Assembly (NCBI RefSeq): GCF_002945325.1 | Contig: NZ_CP026606.1 | Span: 1,170,001 to 1,202,000 of the forward strand | DNA: 32,000 bases | Direction: 5' to 3' | Origin: Methanococcus maripaludis | Lineage (GTDB): Archaea > AGJL01 > Methanococci > Methanococcales > Methanococcaceae | Notes under the pieces: generated by a model | Databases searched by the model: none | What the model was told of the DNA's origin: nothing | What the model saw: the letters and a program-made list of their open reading frames with translations, nothing else | Translations under genes and position numbers: made by a program | Shown: piece after piece, positions 10,981 through 20,356 of the stretch | Numbering within the stretch: position 1 is the stretch's first letter | Layout of the letters: each line of letters opens with the position of its first letter

Positions 10981-11538
10981 ATGGATGAGATAATAGTATG
11001 TATTACCGGAGCTAGCGGTGTAATTTATTCAAAACGGCTTTTAGAAGTTTTAAAAGAAGAAAATATTAAAACATCGCTGATAATCTCAAATTCTGCTAAA
11101 AAAATAATCAAACACGAACTTAAAATGGAAATTGACGAATTTAAAAAACTTGCCGACAACAACTATGAAAACGATAACTTTTTTGCACCTGTGGCATCAG
11201 GTTCTCATAAATTTAAAGCAGCAGTGGTAGTTCCATGTTCTATGAAGTCGTTGTCATCAATAGCAACAGGATACAGCGATAATTTAATTGGAAGAGTCTG
11301 TGATATTTCATTAAAAGAGCGAAGGGATTTAATAATCGTTCCAAGAGAAATGCCATTTAGTACAATCCATCTTGAAAATATGACAAAACTATCACATTTG
11401 GGAGTTTCAATAATTCCACCTGCTCCCGGATTTTACAACGATCCAAAAACAATAGATGATCTAGTGAACTTTGTTGTTGGAAGAATTTTGGACAATTTAA
11501 AAATTGAAAATAAAATATTTAAGAGATGGGGAGAATAA
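10981..11538 (+). CDS. ubiX: UbiX-family flavin prenyltransferase
   Basis: N-terminal VCITGASGVIYSKRLLEVL and downstream VVPCSMKSLSSIATGYSDNLIGR...REMPFSTIHLENM...PAPGFY. Confidence 0.92.
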   Translation: MDEIIVCITGASGVIYSKRLLEVLKEENIKTSLIISNSAKKIIKHELKMEIDEFKKLADNNYENDNFFAPVASGSHKFKAAVVVPCSMKSLSSIATGYSDNLIGRVCDISLKERRDLIIVPREMPFSTIHLENMTKLSHLGVSIIPPAPGFYNDPKTIDDLVNFVVGRILDNLKIENKIFKRWGE

Positions 11539-11564
11539 TTACCTGCTAATAACTTGGTGAAAAT

Positions 11565-12917
11565 ATGCTTGATAAATTAGGCCAGAATCTCTCTGATGCA
11601 CTAAACAAACTTAAAAACGCTACTTTTGTCGATAAAAAACTCGTAAAAGAAGTAATTAAAGATATTCAAAAGGCTTTAATCCAGTCCGACGTCAACGTGA
11701 AATTAGTATTTAACATGAGTAAGGAAATTGAGAGAAAAGCTATCGACGAAGCGCCTCCAAAGGGACTTTCAAAAAAAGAACACATTGTAAAGATTGTTTA
11801 CGATGAACTCGTAAAATTACTTGGTGAAACCACTCAAAAATTAGAGCTTGACCCTTCAAAAAAATCTGTAATTTTACTTATTGGTATTCAGGGAAGTGGT
11901 AAAACAACGAGTGCTGCAAAACTTGCAAGATATATTCAGAAAAAAGGTTTAAGACCCGGATTAATTGCAGCAGATGTTTACAGGCCTGCAGCATACCAGC
12001 AGTTAAAACAGCTTTCTGAAAAAATAAATGTTCCACTATTTGGTGACGAAACAAGAACAAAAACACCTGTAGAAATCACTAAAGAAGGAATGGAAAAACT
12101 AAAAAAAGTAGATGTTGTAATCATCGATACAGCAGGTAGGCACAAGGAAGAAGAAGGTCTTTTAGCTGAAATGAAAGAAATGAAAGATTTAACGAATCCA
12201 AATGAGATAATCCTTGTAATTGATGGAACTTTAGGTCAGCAGGCTAAAAATCAAGCAAAAGCATTCAAAGAATCCGTTTCAGAAATTGGAAGTATTTTGG
12301 TTACAAAATTAGATGGTTCTGCAAAAGGTGGTGGTGCGTTGAGTGCTGTTGCAGAAATAAATGCTCCAATTAAATTTATTGGAACTGGTGAAGGGGTTGA
12401 TAATTTAGAACAGTTCGACCCAAAAAAATTCATCTCCAGAATTCTTGGATTGGGAGATTTAGATTCCCTTTTAGAGAAAACTGAAGATATAATGGACGAA
12501 TCAACGGAAGAAAGTATTGATTCTATCTTAAAGGGTAAATTTACATTAATCGAGCTTTATGCACAGCTTGAGACAATATCCAAAATGGGTCCTATGAAAC
12601 AGATTTTAAGCATGATTCCTGGAATGGGCGGAAACATGCCAAAAGAAGCTGCACAGTTAACGGAAGCTAAATTAAAAAGATACAAGATCATGATGGACTC
12701 AATGACAATGGAAGAAAAAGAAAATCCTGAACTTATAAAAACTTCAAGGCTTCAAAGAATTGCAAAAGGGGCAGGAGTAAAACAGGAAGAAATAAAGGAT
12801 CTTTTAAAATACTATTCAACGACTAAAAATGCGTTTGGAAATTTGAAGCGCGGAAAAATGCCAAAAATGGGCGGACAGATGGGCCAGATCATGAGGCAGT
12901 TAATGTATAAGGATTAA
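11565..12917 (+). CDS. srp54: Signal recognition particle 54 kDa protein, GTPase
   Basis: [38 protein letters not shown], Met-rich M domain [14 protein letters not shown]. Confidence 0.98.
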   Translation: MLDKLGQNLSDALNKLKNATFVDKKLVKEVIKDIQKALIQSDVNVKLVFNMSKEIERKAIDEAPPKGLSKKEHIVKIVYDELVKLLGETTQKLELDPSKKSVILLIGIQGSGKTTSAAKLARYIQKKGLRPGLIAADVYRPAAYQQLKQLSEKINVPLFGDETRTKTPVEITKEGMEKLKKVDVVIIDTAGRHKEEEGLLAEMKEMKDLTNPNEIILVIDGTLGQQAKNQAKAFKESVSEIGSILVTKLDGSAKGGGALSAVAEINAPIKFIGTGEGVDNLEQFDPKKFISRILGLGDLDSLLEKTEDIMDESTEESIDSILKGKFTLIELYAQLETISKMGPMKQILSMIPGMGGNMPKEAAQLTEAKLKRYKIMMDSMTMEEKENPELIKTSRLQRIAKGAGVKQEEIKDLLKYYSTTKNAFGNLKRGKMPKMGGQMGQIMRQLMYKD

Positions 12918-13054
12918 CTTAAAAAACAATTATTACTTTTTTTAGTATCAGTTTCACGAAAACAATTAAATAATAAAAATGCGTTTTTGATCTAGGCTAA
13001 TTTTGGGTAGATAAATGTCGGGTTAAGTTCGATATAAGTTTTTTTGGAGATAAA

Positions 13055-13276
13055 ATGAGATTTACAGTAAATGATTCGTTAATAACAAGCGTGGCATTAT
13101 TCATCATTGCTTTTTTATTGCAAGGAATACCTGCTATATTACTGCCGGAACTTGTCAACAACCCCGTTATAAACCAGATGATATTAATAATGGCAAATAC
13201 TCTCAGGTTTTTAGGATTATTGTTTGCAATAATGTCGATTGTTTTTTGGAAAAAAGGAATGGTAATTCGATATTAA
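13055..13276 (+). CDS. Small two-TM hypothetical membrane protein
   Basis: 73 aa ORF with GGAG ribosome-binding site 5' of ATG; two hydrophobic segments. Confidence 0.55.
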   Translation: MRFTVNDSLITSVALFIIAFLLQGIPAILLPELVNNPVINQMILIMANTLRFLGLLFAIMSIVFWKKGMVIRY

Positions 13277-13944
13277 AGGTTTAATCCAGTAATGTGGATT
13301 CCAGCACCTTTTAATTTGTATTTTATGTTTAACTGTATTAATAATGGTGTAATTTGTTCTATAAATTTTGAAATTTCTAATTTTCCAGCATCAATTCCTC
13401 TAACTCCTGGAATTTCGCTTGCAAGTTCAACAATCACTTTCTTAGCATCGTTGTCATTTCCTGCAATTAAAACATCGCATGCAACTTCGCAATCTAAATC
13501 TTCTAAACATTTTGAGCAGATGTTTTGAAATCCGCTGACAACTTTTGATTCTGGAAGCATTTCTTGGATTAATTCTGCAACTGACCCTTGAGGGCATGCA
13601 ATAACTCTTGTTGGTTTGTCTCCGATTGCTGTTGCAAGTGGAACTCCAATTGATACAACAATTTTTCCTTTTAAAGCTTCTTTTAATTCTTTTATTGTGG
13701 AAATTGTATATTCAAAGGGCAATGATACAATAACTACATCTGCTAATTTTGAAGCTTCAAGGTTGGTCATTCCTTTAATATCTGCAGAATATCCTTTATC
13801 TGAAATTATTTTCAAAGCATTTTCGGAAGCTTCAATGGCTTTTTCAGCTTTTCTTGATCCGATCAATATTTCATGATTTTTTGAAAATCTAAGTGCAAGG
13901 CCAAATCCTTGATCTCCTGTTCCACCAAGTATCGCAATCTTCAT
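13273..13944 (-). CDS. npdG: F420:NADP oxidoreductase (NADPH-dependent F420 reductase)
   Basis: MKIAILGGTGDQGFGLALRFSKNHEILIGSRKAEKA Rossmann motif; start probably internal ATG at 13944. Confidence 0.9.
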   Translation of the reverse strand: MKIAILGGTGDQGFGLALRFSKNHEILIGSRKAEKAIEASENALKIISDKGYSADIKGMTNLEASKLADVVIVSLPFEYTISTIKELKEALKGKIVVSIGVPLATAIGDKPTRVIACPQGSVAELIQEMLPESKVVSGFQNICSKCLEDLDCEVACDVLIAGNDNDAKKVIVELASEIPGVRGIDAGKLEISKFIEQITPLLIQLNIKYKLKGAGIHITGLNL

Positions 13945-13965
13945 AATCACACCTTTTAATTTATT

Positions 13966-14772
13966 TTATTTTTCAAGCATTGATAGATATTTGTTTATCG
14001 TTTCCCTGCTGTTTACCGCATCTCGTATACTTTTAGATTCAAAAGATAAAACATTATCGTAATTAATAATTTTCAATTCGCTCAAAATTTTTAAAAAGTC
14101 AATGTTTCCAGCACCAATTAATGCATGTTCGTCTTCAATTCCTTGATTATCGTGAATATGACAGTGGACAATTCCTTTTCCAATTTTATTTAACTCTTTT
14201 ACGAAATTTTCAGGGTTTTTGGTTGCAGTATTTGCGTGACCAATATCAAAGGTAATTCCAAGGTACTTTGAGTTGATATCTTTTATAATGTCTTTTAATG
14301 ATTCAATGGAAACTCCCAAAACTCCAGGGTAATTTGGCATGTTTTCTAAACCAATCATTACTTCGTAGTCTTCTGCCATTTCAACTATATCATTTAATGA
14401 AGAAAAATTGTTATCCAATATTTCTTTTGTATAGTCAGACCAAAGTGGCGGTAAATATCCAGGGTGAACCGTAACAACGTTTGCATCTAGTTCAAAAGCA
14501 CCTTCAATTGCTTCAATGACACTGTTTGTTGTTAAGTTTCTAACATCTCTATTCATTGATGCAGGATTTAAATCTGAAAACGGTGCGTGAATTACCAAAT
14601 CAACATCGTATTCTTCTCTTAAATTTCTTAAATATTTTATATTTTTAGGATTTAACTGATGACTTCCTTCAGAAACAATTTCCCAGCAGTCAAATGAGTT
14701 TGCTGCAACTTTTTCCATTGAGGACTGCAGAGTTTCTGGTAAAAATACTAAAGATGATATCCCATATTTCAT
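13966..14772 (-). CDS. TIM-barrel sugar phosphate isomerase/epimerase (AP endonuclease family 2 fold)
   Basis: IHAPFSDLNPASMNRD, VTVHPGY, IGLENMPNYPG, TFDIGHA, CHIHDNQG(I)EDEH. Confidence 0.8.
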   Translation of the reverse strand: MKYGISSLVFLPETLQSSMEKVAANSFDCWEIVSEGSHQLNPKNIKYLRNLREEYDVDLVIHAPFSDLNPASMNRDVRNLTTNSVIEAIEGAFELDANVVTVHPGYLPPLWSDYTKEILDNNFSSLNDIVEMAEDYEVMIGLENMPNYPGVLGVSIESLKDIIKDINSKYLGITFDIGHANTATKNPENFVKELNKIGKGIVHCHIHDNQGIEDEHALIGAGNIDFLKILSELKIINYDNVLSFESKSIRDAVNSRETINKYLSMLEK

Positions 14773-14849
14773 GACTATCTCTCCCCGCTTTATCTATTAA
14801 TATAATAAAAGCGTTCTATCTATTAATTAGTTTTTATTCTGGTGATAGC

Positions 14850-15422
14850 GTGCAATTAAAAACACCCCTTTCAAAGGAAGACGTTAGAAAACTTAAAGTT
14901 GGAGATATTGTATACTTAAGCGGTGATATCTGTACCGGAAGAGATGAAGCACATATAACAACAATAGGGGAAAAAAAACCTCCAATAAACCTTGAAAATG
15001 GGGTAATTTATCATGCAGGCCCCATAATGAAAAAGGAAAATGAAACTTGGAAATGTGTTGCCATTGGGCCGACAACATCTGCTCGAATGAATGGACTCGA
15101 GGAAGACTTCATAAGAATTACAAATATTTCAGCAATTGTTGGAAAAGGTGGCATGGATGATAAGCTTTTGAAGACTTTTGAAGAATTCGGTGTAGTATAC
15201 CTTGCAGCCCCGGGGGGTTGTGCGGCACTTTTGGCAGATTCGATTAATGAAGTAAAAAACGTTTATCATCTTGAACTTGGAATGCCAGAAGCGTTCTGGG
15301 AATTAAGTGTTGAAAATTTTGGACCATTAATTGTAGCAATGGATTCTCACGGAAATAGTTTATATTCTAAAGTTAACGAAGATGTCGATAAAAATTTAGA
15401 AAATATTCTCAAAAACTTATAA
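14850..15422 (+). CDS. Class I fumarate hydratase / tartrate dehydratase beta subunit
   Basis: LKVGDIVYLSGDICTGRDEAH, IYHAGPIMKK, GPTTSARMNG, GKGGMDDK motifs. Confidence 0.9.
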   Translation: MQLKTPLSKEDVRKLKVGDIVYLSGDICTGRDEAHITTIGEKKPPINLENGVIYHAGPIMKKENETWKCVAIGPTTSARMNGLEEDFIRITNISAIVGKGGMDDKLLKTFEEFGVVYLAAPGGCAALLADSINEVKNVYHLELGMPEAFWELSVENFGPLIVAMDSHGNSLYSKVNEDVDKNLENILKNL

Positions 15423-15452
15423 TTTTTTTTAAAACAGATATTAATTTCATTA

Positions 15453-15489
15453 ATCTAAATATACAAATTAATTTTCCCAAAGTAAAAAA
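15453..15489. repeat. Intergenic element copy B
   Basis: ATCTAAATATACAAATTAATTTTCCCAAAGTAAAAAA between the convergent fumarase-beta-like and rpsS genes. Confidence 0.85.
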
Positions 15490-15507
15490 AGAGATTTTGG
15501 ATTCCAA

Positions 15508-15993
15508 TTATTTAATTGGAACGAACATTGAACCTCTTGTTGCACCCATACCTGGTGAACCGTGTTGAACAACGCCTCTTGTTGGAGCCATTTCTCCTAA
15601 GAATCTTCCAACGGTTTCTTCAACTAATTTAATTTCTTTGAATTCTTTACCGTTGTAGATACCAAATGTTAATCCAATCATTTCAGGAGTAATAACAAAG
15701 TCTCTGCAGTGAGTTCTTATAACTCTTGCATCTTTGCCTCTGTTTGTTAATCTTCTAGCTTTTTTGATTTTCATAACTAATTTTCTTTGTTTAGGAGTGA
15801 TTCCTCTGGCCATTGTTCTTCTTTGTCTTGAAGGAACAATTTCCATGAATTTTTTGATAGGCATCTCTTGAAGTTCTTCCAAACTGAAGCCTTTGTATTT
15901 AAATTCTACTCTTCTTCTTGGTGCCACATTTTGTTTTTGTTTATTTTTCTTTCTGGCGCCACCTTTGCCACTATACTTTTTTTGTCTGGCCAT
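15508..15993 (-). CDS. rpsS: Ribosomal protein uS19
   Basis: RVIRTHCRDFVITPEMIGLTFGIYNGKEFKEIKLVEETVGRFLGEMAPTR; end of S10-like cluster. Confidence 0.95.
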   Translation of the reverse strand: MARQKKYSGKGGARKKNKQKQNVAPRRRVEFKYKGFSLEELQEMPIKKFMEIVPSRQRRTMARGITPKQRKLVMKIKKARRLTNRGKDARVIRTHCRDFVITPEMIGLTFGIYNGKEFKEIKLVEETVGRFLGEMAPTRGVVQHGSPGMGATRGSMFVPIK

Positions 15994-16031
15994 GTTTTCA
16001 CCTTTAAAATTTAAAGAGATAGCTTAAGTTA

Positions 16032-16754
16032 TTATCGTTTACCGGTTCTTCTTGAAGCGATATGTCCTACTTTTCTACCTGGGGATGTATGTCTTGAAAC
16101 GCTTGAAGGTTTTCCTATGTGCTGGTGTCTTCCACCACCGTAAGGGTGATCTACAGCGTTCATTGCAACACCTCTAACTTTTGGCCATGCAACAGCTTTA
16201 GCGCTTAATGAATGGTATTTTTTACCTGCTTTAACAAATGGTTTTTCTTTTCTTCCACCACCTGCTACAACACCAACTGTTGCTCTGCATGCAGGGTTCA
16301 ATACTTTTGAAAAACCTGAAGGTAATCTTACGATAGTTTTTCCAACATCGTGGGAAATAACGTGTGCGTAGCATCCACCAGATCTTACTAATTTACCGCC
16401 ATCTCCAGGGATGGTTTCAATGTTGTATACTGGAATACCTTCTGGGATTTCTCCAAGTGGTAAAACGTTTCCAGGTTTGATTTCTGCGCTGATACCGCAT
16501 TCAATCTCTTCCCCAACTTGAATTCCTTCTGGAATTAACACTAATCTTTCTTCATCATTAGCAAATTTTACTTTTGCTACAGGTGCAGATCTTCCAGGGT
16601 CGTGTAATATATCAATAACAGTTCCGAGGATTTTTCCGTCTTTTTCCATTTCGTCGTAACTTCTGTATTTAACTGCACCTTTTCTTTTATGAGTGGGGGA
16701 TCTGTATTTCGGAGTCCCTCGTCCTCTATTCTGGGAAATCAGTCTTTTACCCAT
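16032..16754 (-). CDS. rplB: Ribosomal protein uL2
   Basis: MGKRLISQNRGRGTPKYRSPTHKRKG...VRGVAMNAVDHPYGGGRHQHIG. Confidence 0.97.
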   Translation of the reverse strand: MGKRLISQNRGRGTPKYRSPTHKRKGAVKYRSYDEMEKDGKILGTVIDILHDPGRSAPVAKVKFANDEERLVLIPEGIQVGEEIECGISAEIKPGNVLPLGEIPEGIPVYNIETIPGDGGKLVRSGGCYAHVISHDVGKTIVRLPSGFSKVLNPACRATVGVVAGGGRKEKPFVKAGKKYHSLSAKAVAWPKVRGVAMNAVDHPYGGGRHQHIGKPSSVSRHTSPGRKVGHIASRRTGKR

Positions 16755-16794
16755 TATATCACCATATTATTTAATAGTGTTTTCTTAAATCGAA

Positions 16795-17055
16795 TTAGTA
16801 GATTCCTAAGCTTGCAGCTACTTCTCCAGCGTTGTATTCATCTTTCAACGTAATGTATGCTTTTTTCTTTCCTTTTGGAGTAATGCTTGTGTTTATGTCT
16901 GCAACTTCAGCATCGAACAATTCTTTAATTGCTGCTCTAACGTCTGCTTTTGTTGCTTTTCTTTCAACGTAAAATACCAATCTGTTTTCTTCTTCAATGA
17001 GTTTCATTGTTTTTTCACTAACGATTGGTGTTTTTATAACATCAAAGGCATCCAT
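16795..17055 (-). CDS. rplW: Ribosomal protein uL23
   Basis: MDAFDVIKTPIVSEKTMKLIEEENRLVFYVERKATKADVRAAIKELF; start at MDAF (17055) more likely than tracked 17064. Confidence 0.94.
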   Translation of the reverse strand: MDAFDVIKTPIVSEKTMKLIEEENRLVFYVERKATKADVRAAIKELFDAEVADINTSITPKGKKKAYITLKDEYNAGEVAASLGIY

Positions 17056-17076
17056 GCCATTCACCTCGTATTGAGC

Positions 17077-17835
17077 TTAAAATCTTCCGTTTATTTTTTC
17101 AATGGCATTTTCAGTCCAGAGTGTTAATCTTCCAGCCATTGTTCCTGGTGCAATGTGTATTGCGCTTAAATCGTTAGCTGTAATTACATCTACACCTGCG
17201 AGGTTTCTTGATGCAGTAATTGCTTCACATGCATCGCCTACAACAACCAAAACACTTTTTGGTTTTATGTATTTTCTTCCTCTTAATTTTCCCCTTCCTG
17301 CTCTAATTTTAACGCCGTCTTTAGCTCTTTCTAAGTCAGCATCTAATTTTAAAGTTTTGAAAACTTCTAAAACTTCTTTTGTTTTAACAAGGCTCTCAAA
17401 TTCTGCGTTAACAACCAAAGGTAATGAAGGAACACCTTCAATTTTGTGGCCTCTTGCTGAAACGATTTCAGGGTTTGCTGAAGCTGCAATAGCACTTGCT
17501 AATGCTTTTAATTTTTCTTTTCTGTTTATTCTTTCGAATAAGATTTTTTCAACTTTAGGAGGGTGAGCTCTTCTTCCACCAACTGCTTGGGGTACGAATG
17601 CACCAGCACCTTGTGCGGTTCTTCTAACTCTAGCTTTACCGTGTCCTTTTCCGATTGATTTTGCTGAAGTTCTGTATCCTGCAAATGCATCGCAACCTTT
17701 TGGTTGTAATTTTGCGGTTAATGATGAGATTACTGCCCTTTTAATTAAATCAGGCCTGTATTCTGCTTCAAATACAGCGGGTAATTCAATATCTCCCTTT
17801 TCAGAACCATCTAAATTGTAAACTTTAACATTCAT
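17077..17835 (-). CDS. rplD: Ribosomal protein uL4
   Basis: 252 aa, [32 protein letters not shown]; cluster context. Confidence 0.95.
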   Translation of the reverse strand: MNVKVYNLDGSEKGDIELPAVFEAEYRPDLIKRAVISSLTAKLQPKGCDAFAGYRTSAKSIGKGHGKARVRRTAQGAGAFVPQAVGGRRAHPPKVEKILFERINRKEKLKALASAIAASANPEIVSARGHKIEGVPSLPLVVNAEFESLVKTKEVLEVFKTLKLDADLERAKDGVKIRAGRGKLRGRKYIKPKSVLVVVGDACEAITASRNLAGVDVITANDLSAIHIAPGTMAGRLTLWTENAIEKINGRF

Positions 17836-17865
17836 AATTTAACACCTGCTCGTGTTTTTGAGTAA

Positions 17866-18870
17866 TTAGTTTCCTTGTTTGGATTCTGTACTGATGTAAG
17901 CAATTTCAGGTAAGCCGAATTTGTCTTCAGCAGCTCTTACAGATCCTCTTAAAACTACTAATCTTTTTGCAGGACCTTGAACAGTTCCCTTAACTACAAC
18001 GTAGCCGTTTTTAACAGCACCGTAGTTTAAGAATCCGCCTTTAGGTGTAATTTCAGCGCCTTCGCTGCCTAATTTTAAGATTCTTTTGTTGTATTCAGTT
18101 CTTTGGTGGAAACCCATTTGACCAGGTAATGGTACAGTCCACATAACTCTTCTAGGTCTCCATGGACCGATTGAACCTGTGTGTCTACCAACACCTTTTC
18201 TTTGGTGTTTTCCAAATTGAACTTTGATTCCCCATCTTTTAACTGATCCTTGGAATCCTTTACCTTTTGTAATTGCTAAGGTATCGATAATTTCGCCAGC
18301 TTCGAAAACATCGCTAATTGCGAGTGTTTTGCCTAAGATTTCTTTAGCGTAAGCTAATCTTTCAGCAACTGATGATCCACCGATTCTAATTTCAACAACT
18401 TCAGGTTTTTTCTTTGGTATTCCTGTAGTTTTTGGGTTTGTGTGAACAATAGCTCTTACTTCTGTAGCTTTTTCTAAAACTGCGTCTAAAGCATCAACAG
18501 TTTTTTTCTCTTCTTTTTTAGCTAAAGTTAATTTTCTTCCTAAGTCGCTGTCTAACTGTTCAGCCCATACTTCAGTTAATGCTTTTAACCCTTTGGTTGT
18601 TTTTTCGTAGAGTCTGATTCCTGCTACGGTAACGTCCGGTGTTTCTAATACAGTTACAGGTGTGAATACTTCCTGACTGCTGTTTGGACTTTTAGGGTTG
18701 TTTTCGATCAATAAAGCATGTGTTGTTCCTGCTTTGTATACAGGGAATGCTTGGAGCCCTACTTTTTTATCTGCAGGCCATGATCTGATTTTAGGAACTA
18801 ATTTCTTAGCTCTTTTTCTTGGGCTAAATGCTAGGGAACCTCTACGAGGTCTATTTTTTTTCATACCCAT
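17866..18870 (-). CDS. rplC: Ribosomal protein uL3
   Basis: [17 protein letters not shown]...[14 protein letters not shown]...[21 protein letters not shown]. Confidence 0.96.
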   Translation of the reverse strand: MGMKKNRPRRGSLAFSPRKRAKKLVPKIRSWPADKKVGLQAFPVYKAGTTHALLIENNPKSPNSSQEVFTPVTVLETPDVTVAGIRLYEKTTKGLKALTEVWAEQLDSDLGRKLTLAKKEEKKTVDALDAVLEKATEVRAIVHTNPKTTGIPKKKPEVVEIRIGGSSVAERLAYAKEILGKTLAISDVFEAGEIIDTLAITKGKGFQGSVKRWGIKVQFGKHQRKGVGRHTGSIGPWRPRRVMWTVPLPGQMGFHQRTEYNKRILKLGSEGAEITPKGGFLNYGAVKNGYVVVKGTVQGPAKRLVVLRGSVRAAEDKFGLPEIAYISTESKQGN

Positions 18871-19034
18871 AGTATAACCTCCTATGATAGTTAACTAGAA
18901 TTCCCGTGTTTTATTCGCGTAGAACTAGTCGTTTTTTGAAGTGTTTGTTAAGTTTTTTTTAAAAACAAAGCAACCTATTAATGGCTCGCGCCTTTTCAGG
19001 TCTTCCACATAGTTGCCTACAAACATTAATCATT

Positions 19035-19047
19035 ACAATATATATAG
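19035..19047 (-). promoter_or_regulatory. Candidate TATA box for the rplC-rpsS operon
   Basis: AACTATATATATTGTAA on the minus strand, ~165 nt upstream of rplC, leaving a structured leader. Confidence 0.5.
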
Positions 19048-19138
19048 TTAACTCCACAACTGACTAAATCAGTATTTATTTTAAAAAAGAAATATTTTTA
19101 GTTATTATTGTATTTACGTAACAAAACAGGGTGATATT

Positions 19139-19729
19139 GTGAAAAATAGTTCTTATCTACTCGAATTCTTTGAAAAAAAGAATGAAACAAGGGAAAAAAT
19201 TTTGAAGATTTCAAGGGAAATTGTAAAGGATTCAGGATTAATTATTCGAAAAACACAGAAAGGGGAAACGGTAGATTTTTCAGATATTGAAGAAAAATTA
19301 AAGAAATTAAAAAATTATTCAGAAAATCACTTTGAATTCCAAAAATATCGTGGAACGCCAGAACAAGAGTATGTAGAAGCAAGAGTTTACTATTCTGTAA
19401 TTTTTGAAAATAAAATTTTGGAGTTTTCCGATTTTGAAAGTACTTTAGAAGAAAACTATATTTTGGGATTGTGCGATGTTATCGGCGAACTTAGAAGAAT
19501 AACTCTTGAATCGATTCGAAAAGATGAAAAAACAAAAGCAGAACTTTATTTTGAATATATGAATAAAATTTATGACTTTTTAATGGAATTTGATAATTAC
19601 CACGTAATTGATGGACTTAGGAGAAAACAAGACGTTTCAAGAAGTTTGATCGAAAAAACACATGGGGATATAGTTAACTTCAATGAAAACCTGAAACTTA
19701 GAATAGAACTTTCAAAATTTAATAAATAA
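19139..19729 (+). CDS. Translin-family protein
   Basis: YRGTPEQEYVEARVYYSVIFENK...LGLCDVIGELRRITLESIR, all-helical, resembling archaeal translin. Confidence 0.75.
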   Translation: MKNSSYLLEFFEKKNETREKILKISREIVKDSGLIIRKTQKGETVDFSDIEEKLKKLKNYSENHFEFQKYRGTPEQEYVEARVYYSVIFENKILEFSDFESTLEENYILGLCDVIGELRRITLESIRKDEKTKAELYFEYMNKIYDFLMEFDNYHVIDGLRRKQDVSRSLIEKTHGDIVNFNENLKLRIELSKFNK

Positions 19730-19749
19730 TCTTTTTTAATTAATTATAT

Positions 19750-19789
19750 ATCTAAATATACAAATTAATTTTCCCAAAATAGAAAAAAG
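19750..19789. repeat. Intergenic element copy C
   Basis: ATCTAAATATACAAATTAATTTTCCCAAAATAGAAAAAAG; first 29 nt identical to copy B. Confidence 0.85.
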
Positions 19790-19864
19790 TAGGGCAGCGG
19801 GGATTCGAACCCCGGACCACTCGGTTATCAGCCGAGCACTCTAACCAGGCTGAGCCACTGCCCT
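19790..19864 (-). tRNA. tRNA-Ile (GAT)
   Basis: Minus strand AGGGCAG TG GCTC AGCCTGGTTA GAGT G CTCGG CTGATAA CCGAG TGGTC CGGGG TTCGAAT CCCCG CTGCCCT A; complete cloverleaf. Confidence 0.95.
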
Positions 19865-19905
19865 AATTTCCAATGCTTTTCGAAGCAAAATGAAATAAGG
19901 TGTTT

Positions 19906-19918
19906 TCATATATAAACT
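19906..19918 (-). promoter_or_regulatory. Candidate TATA box for tRNA-Ile
   Basis: AGTTTATATATGA on the minus strand, ~26 nt upstream of a TGC box-B-like start. Confidence 0.6.
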
Positions 19919-20017
19919 TTTCTACAAGTATTACATTTGAATGTATTTCAAACCAAAAGTAATAATTACCAATTGCAGGCATATAATGTAAATGTTAAAC
20001 GATGGTAGAGGTAGATT

Positions 20018-20335
20018 ATGGCACTATTTGGTCTTAAAGATACACACACGGCACTTTTGGCATACCTATTAGGCTTTGTTTCGGGAATAATTGTATTACT
20101 CCTTGAAAAAGAAAGTAGTTTTGTAAAATTCCACGCAATGCAGTCTACAATTGCATTTGGAGCAATATTCATTTTAAATATCATTTCTGGTTATATTCCC
20201 ATTGTTGGCGGTATTTTAGGCAATCTTTTAAGTTTAATTGGATTAATAATCTGGATTGTAGGCATGATAAAAGCATACCAAGGCGAAAGATACAAATTCC
20301 CTATAATTGGAGATATTGCAGAAAAACAAATTTAA
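20018..20335 (+). CDS. DUF4870-like small membrane protein
   Basis: 105 aa, MALFGLKDTHTALLAYLLGFVSGIIVLLLEKESSFVKFHAMQSTIAFG...GMIKAYQGERYKFPIIGDIAEK. Confidence 0.75.
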   Translation: MALFGLKDTHTALLAYLLGFVSGIIVLLLEKESSFVKFHAMQSTIAFGAIFILNIISGYIPIVGGILGNLLSLIGLIIWIVGMIKAYQGERYKFPIIGDIAEKQI

Positions 20336-20356
20336 TTTTTTTATTTTTTTAATTTA

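Noticed and set aside
17102-17566. 154 aa plus-strand ORF opposite rplD
   Set aside because: Shadow ORF inside a ribosomal protein gene.
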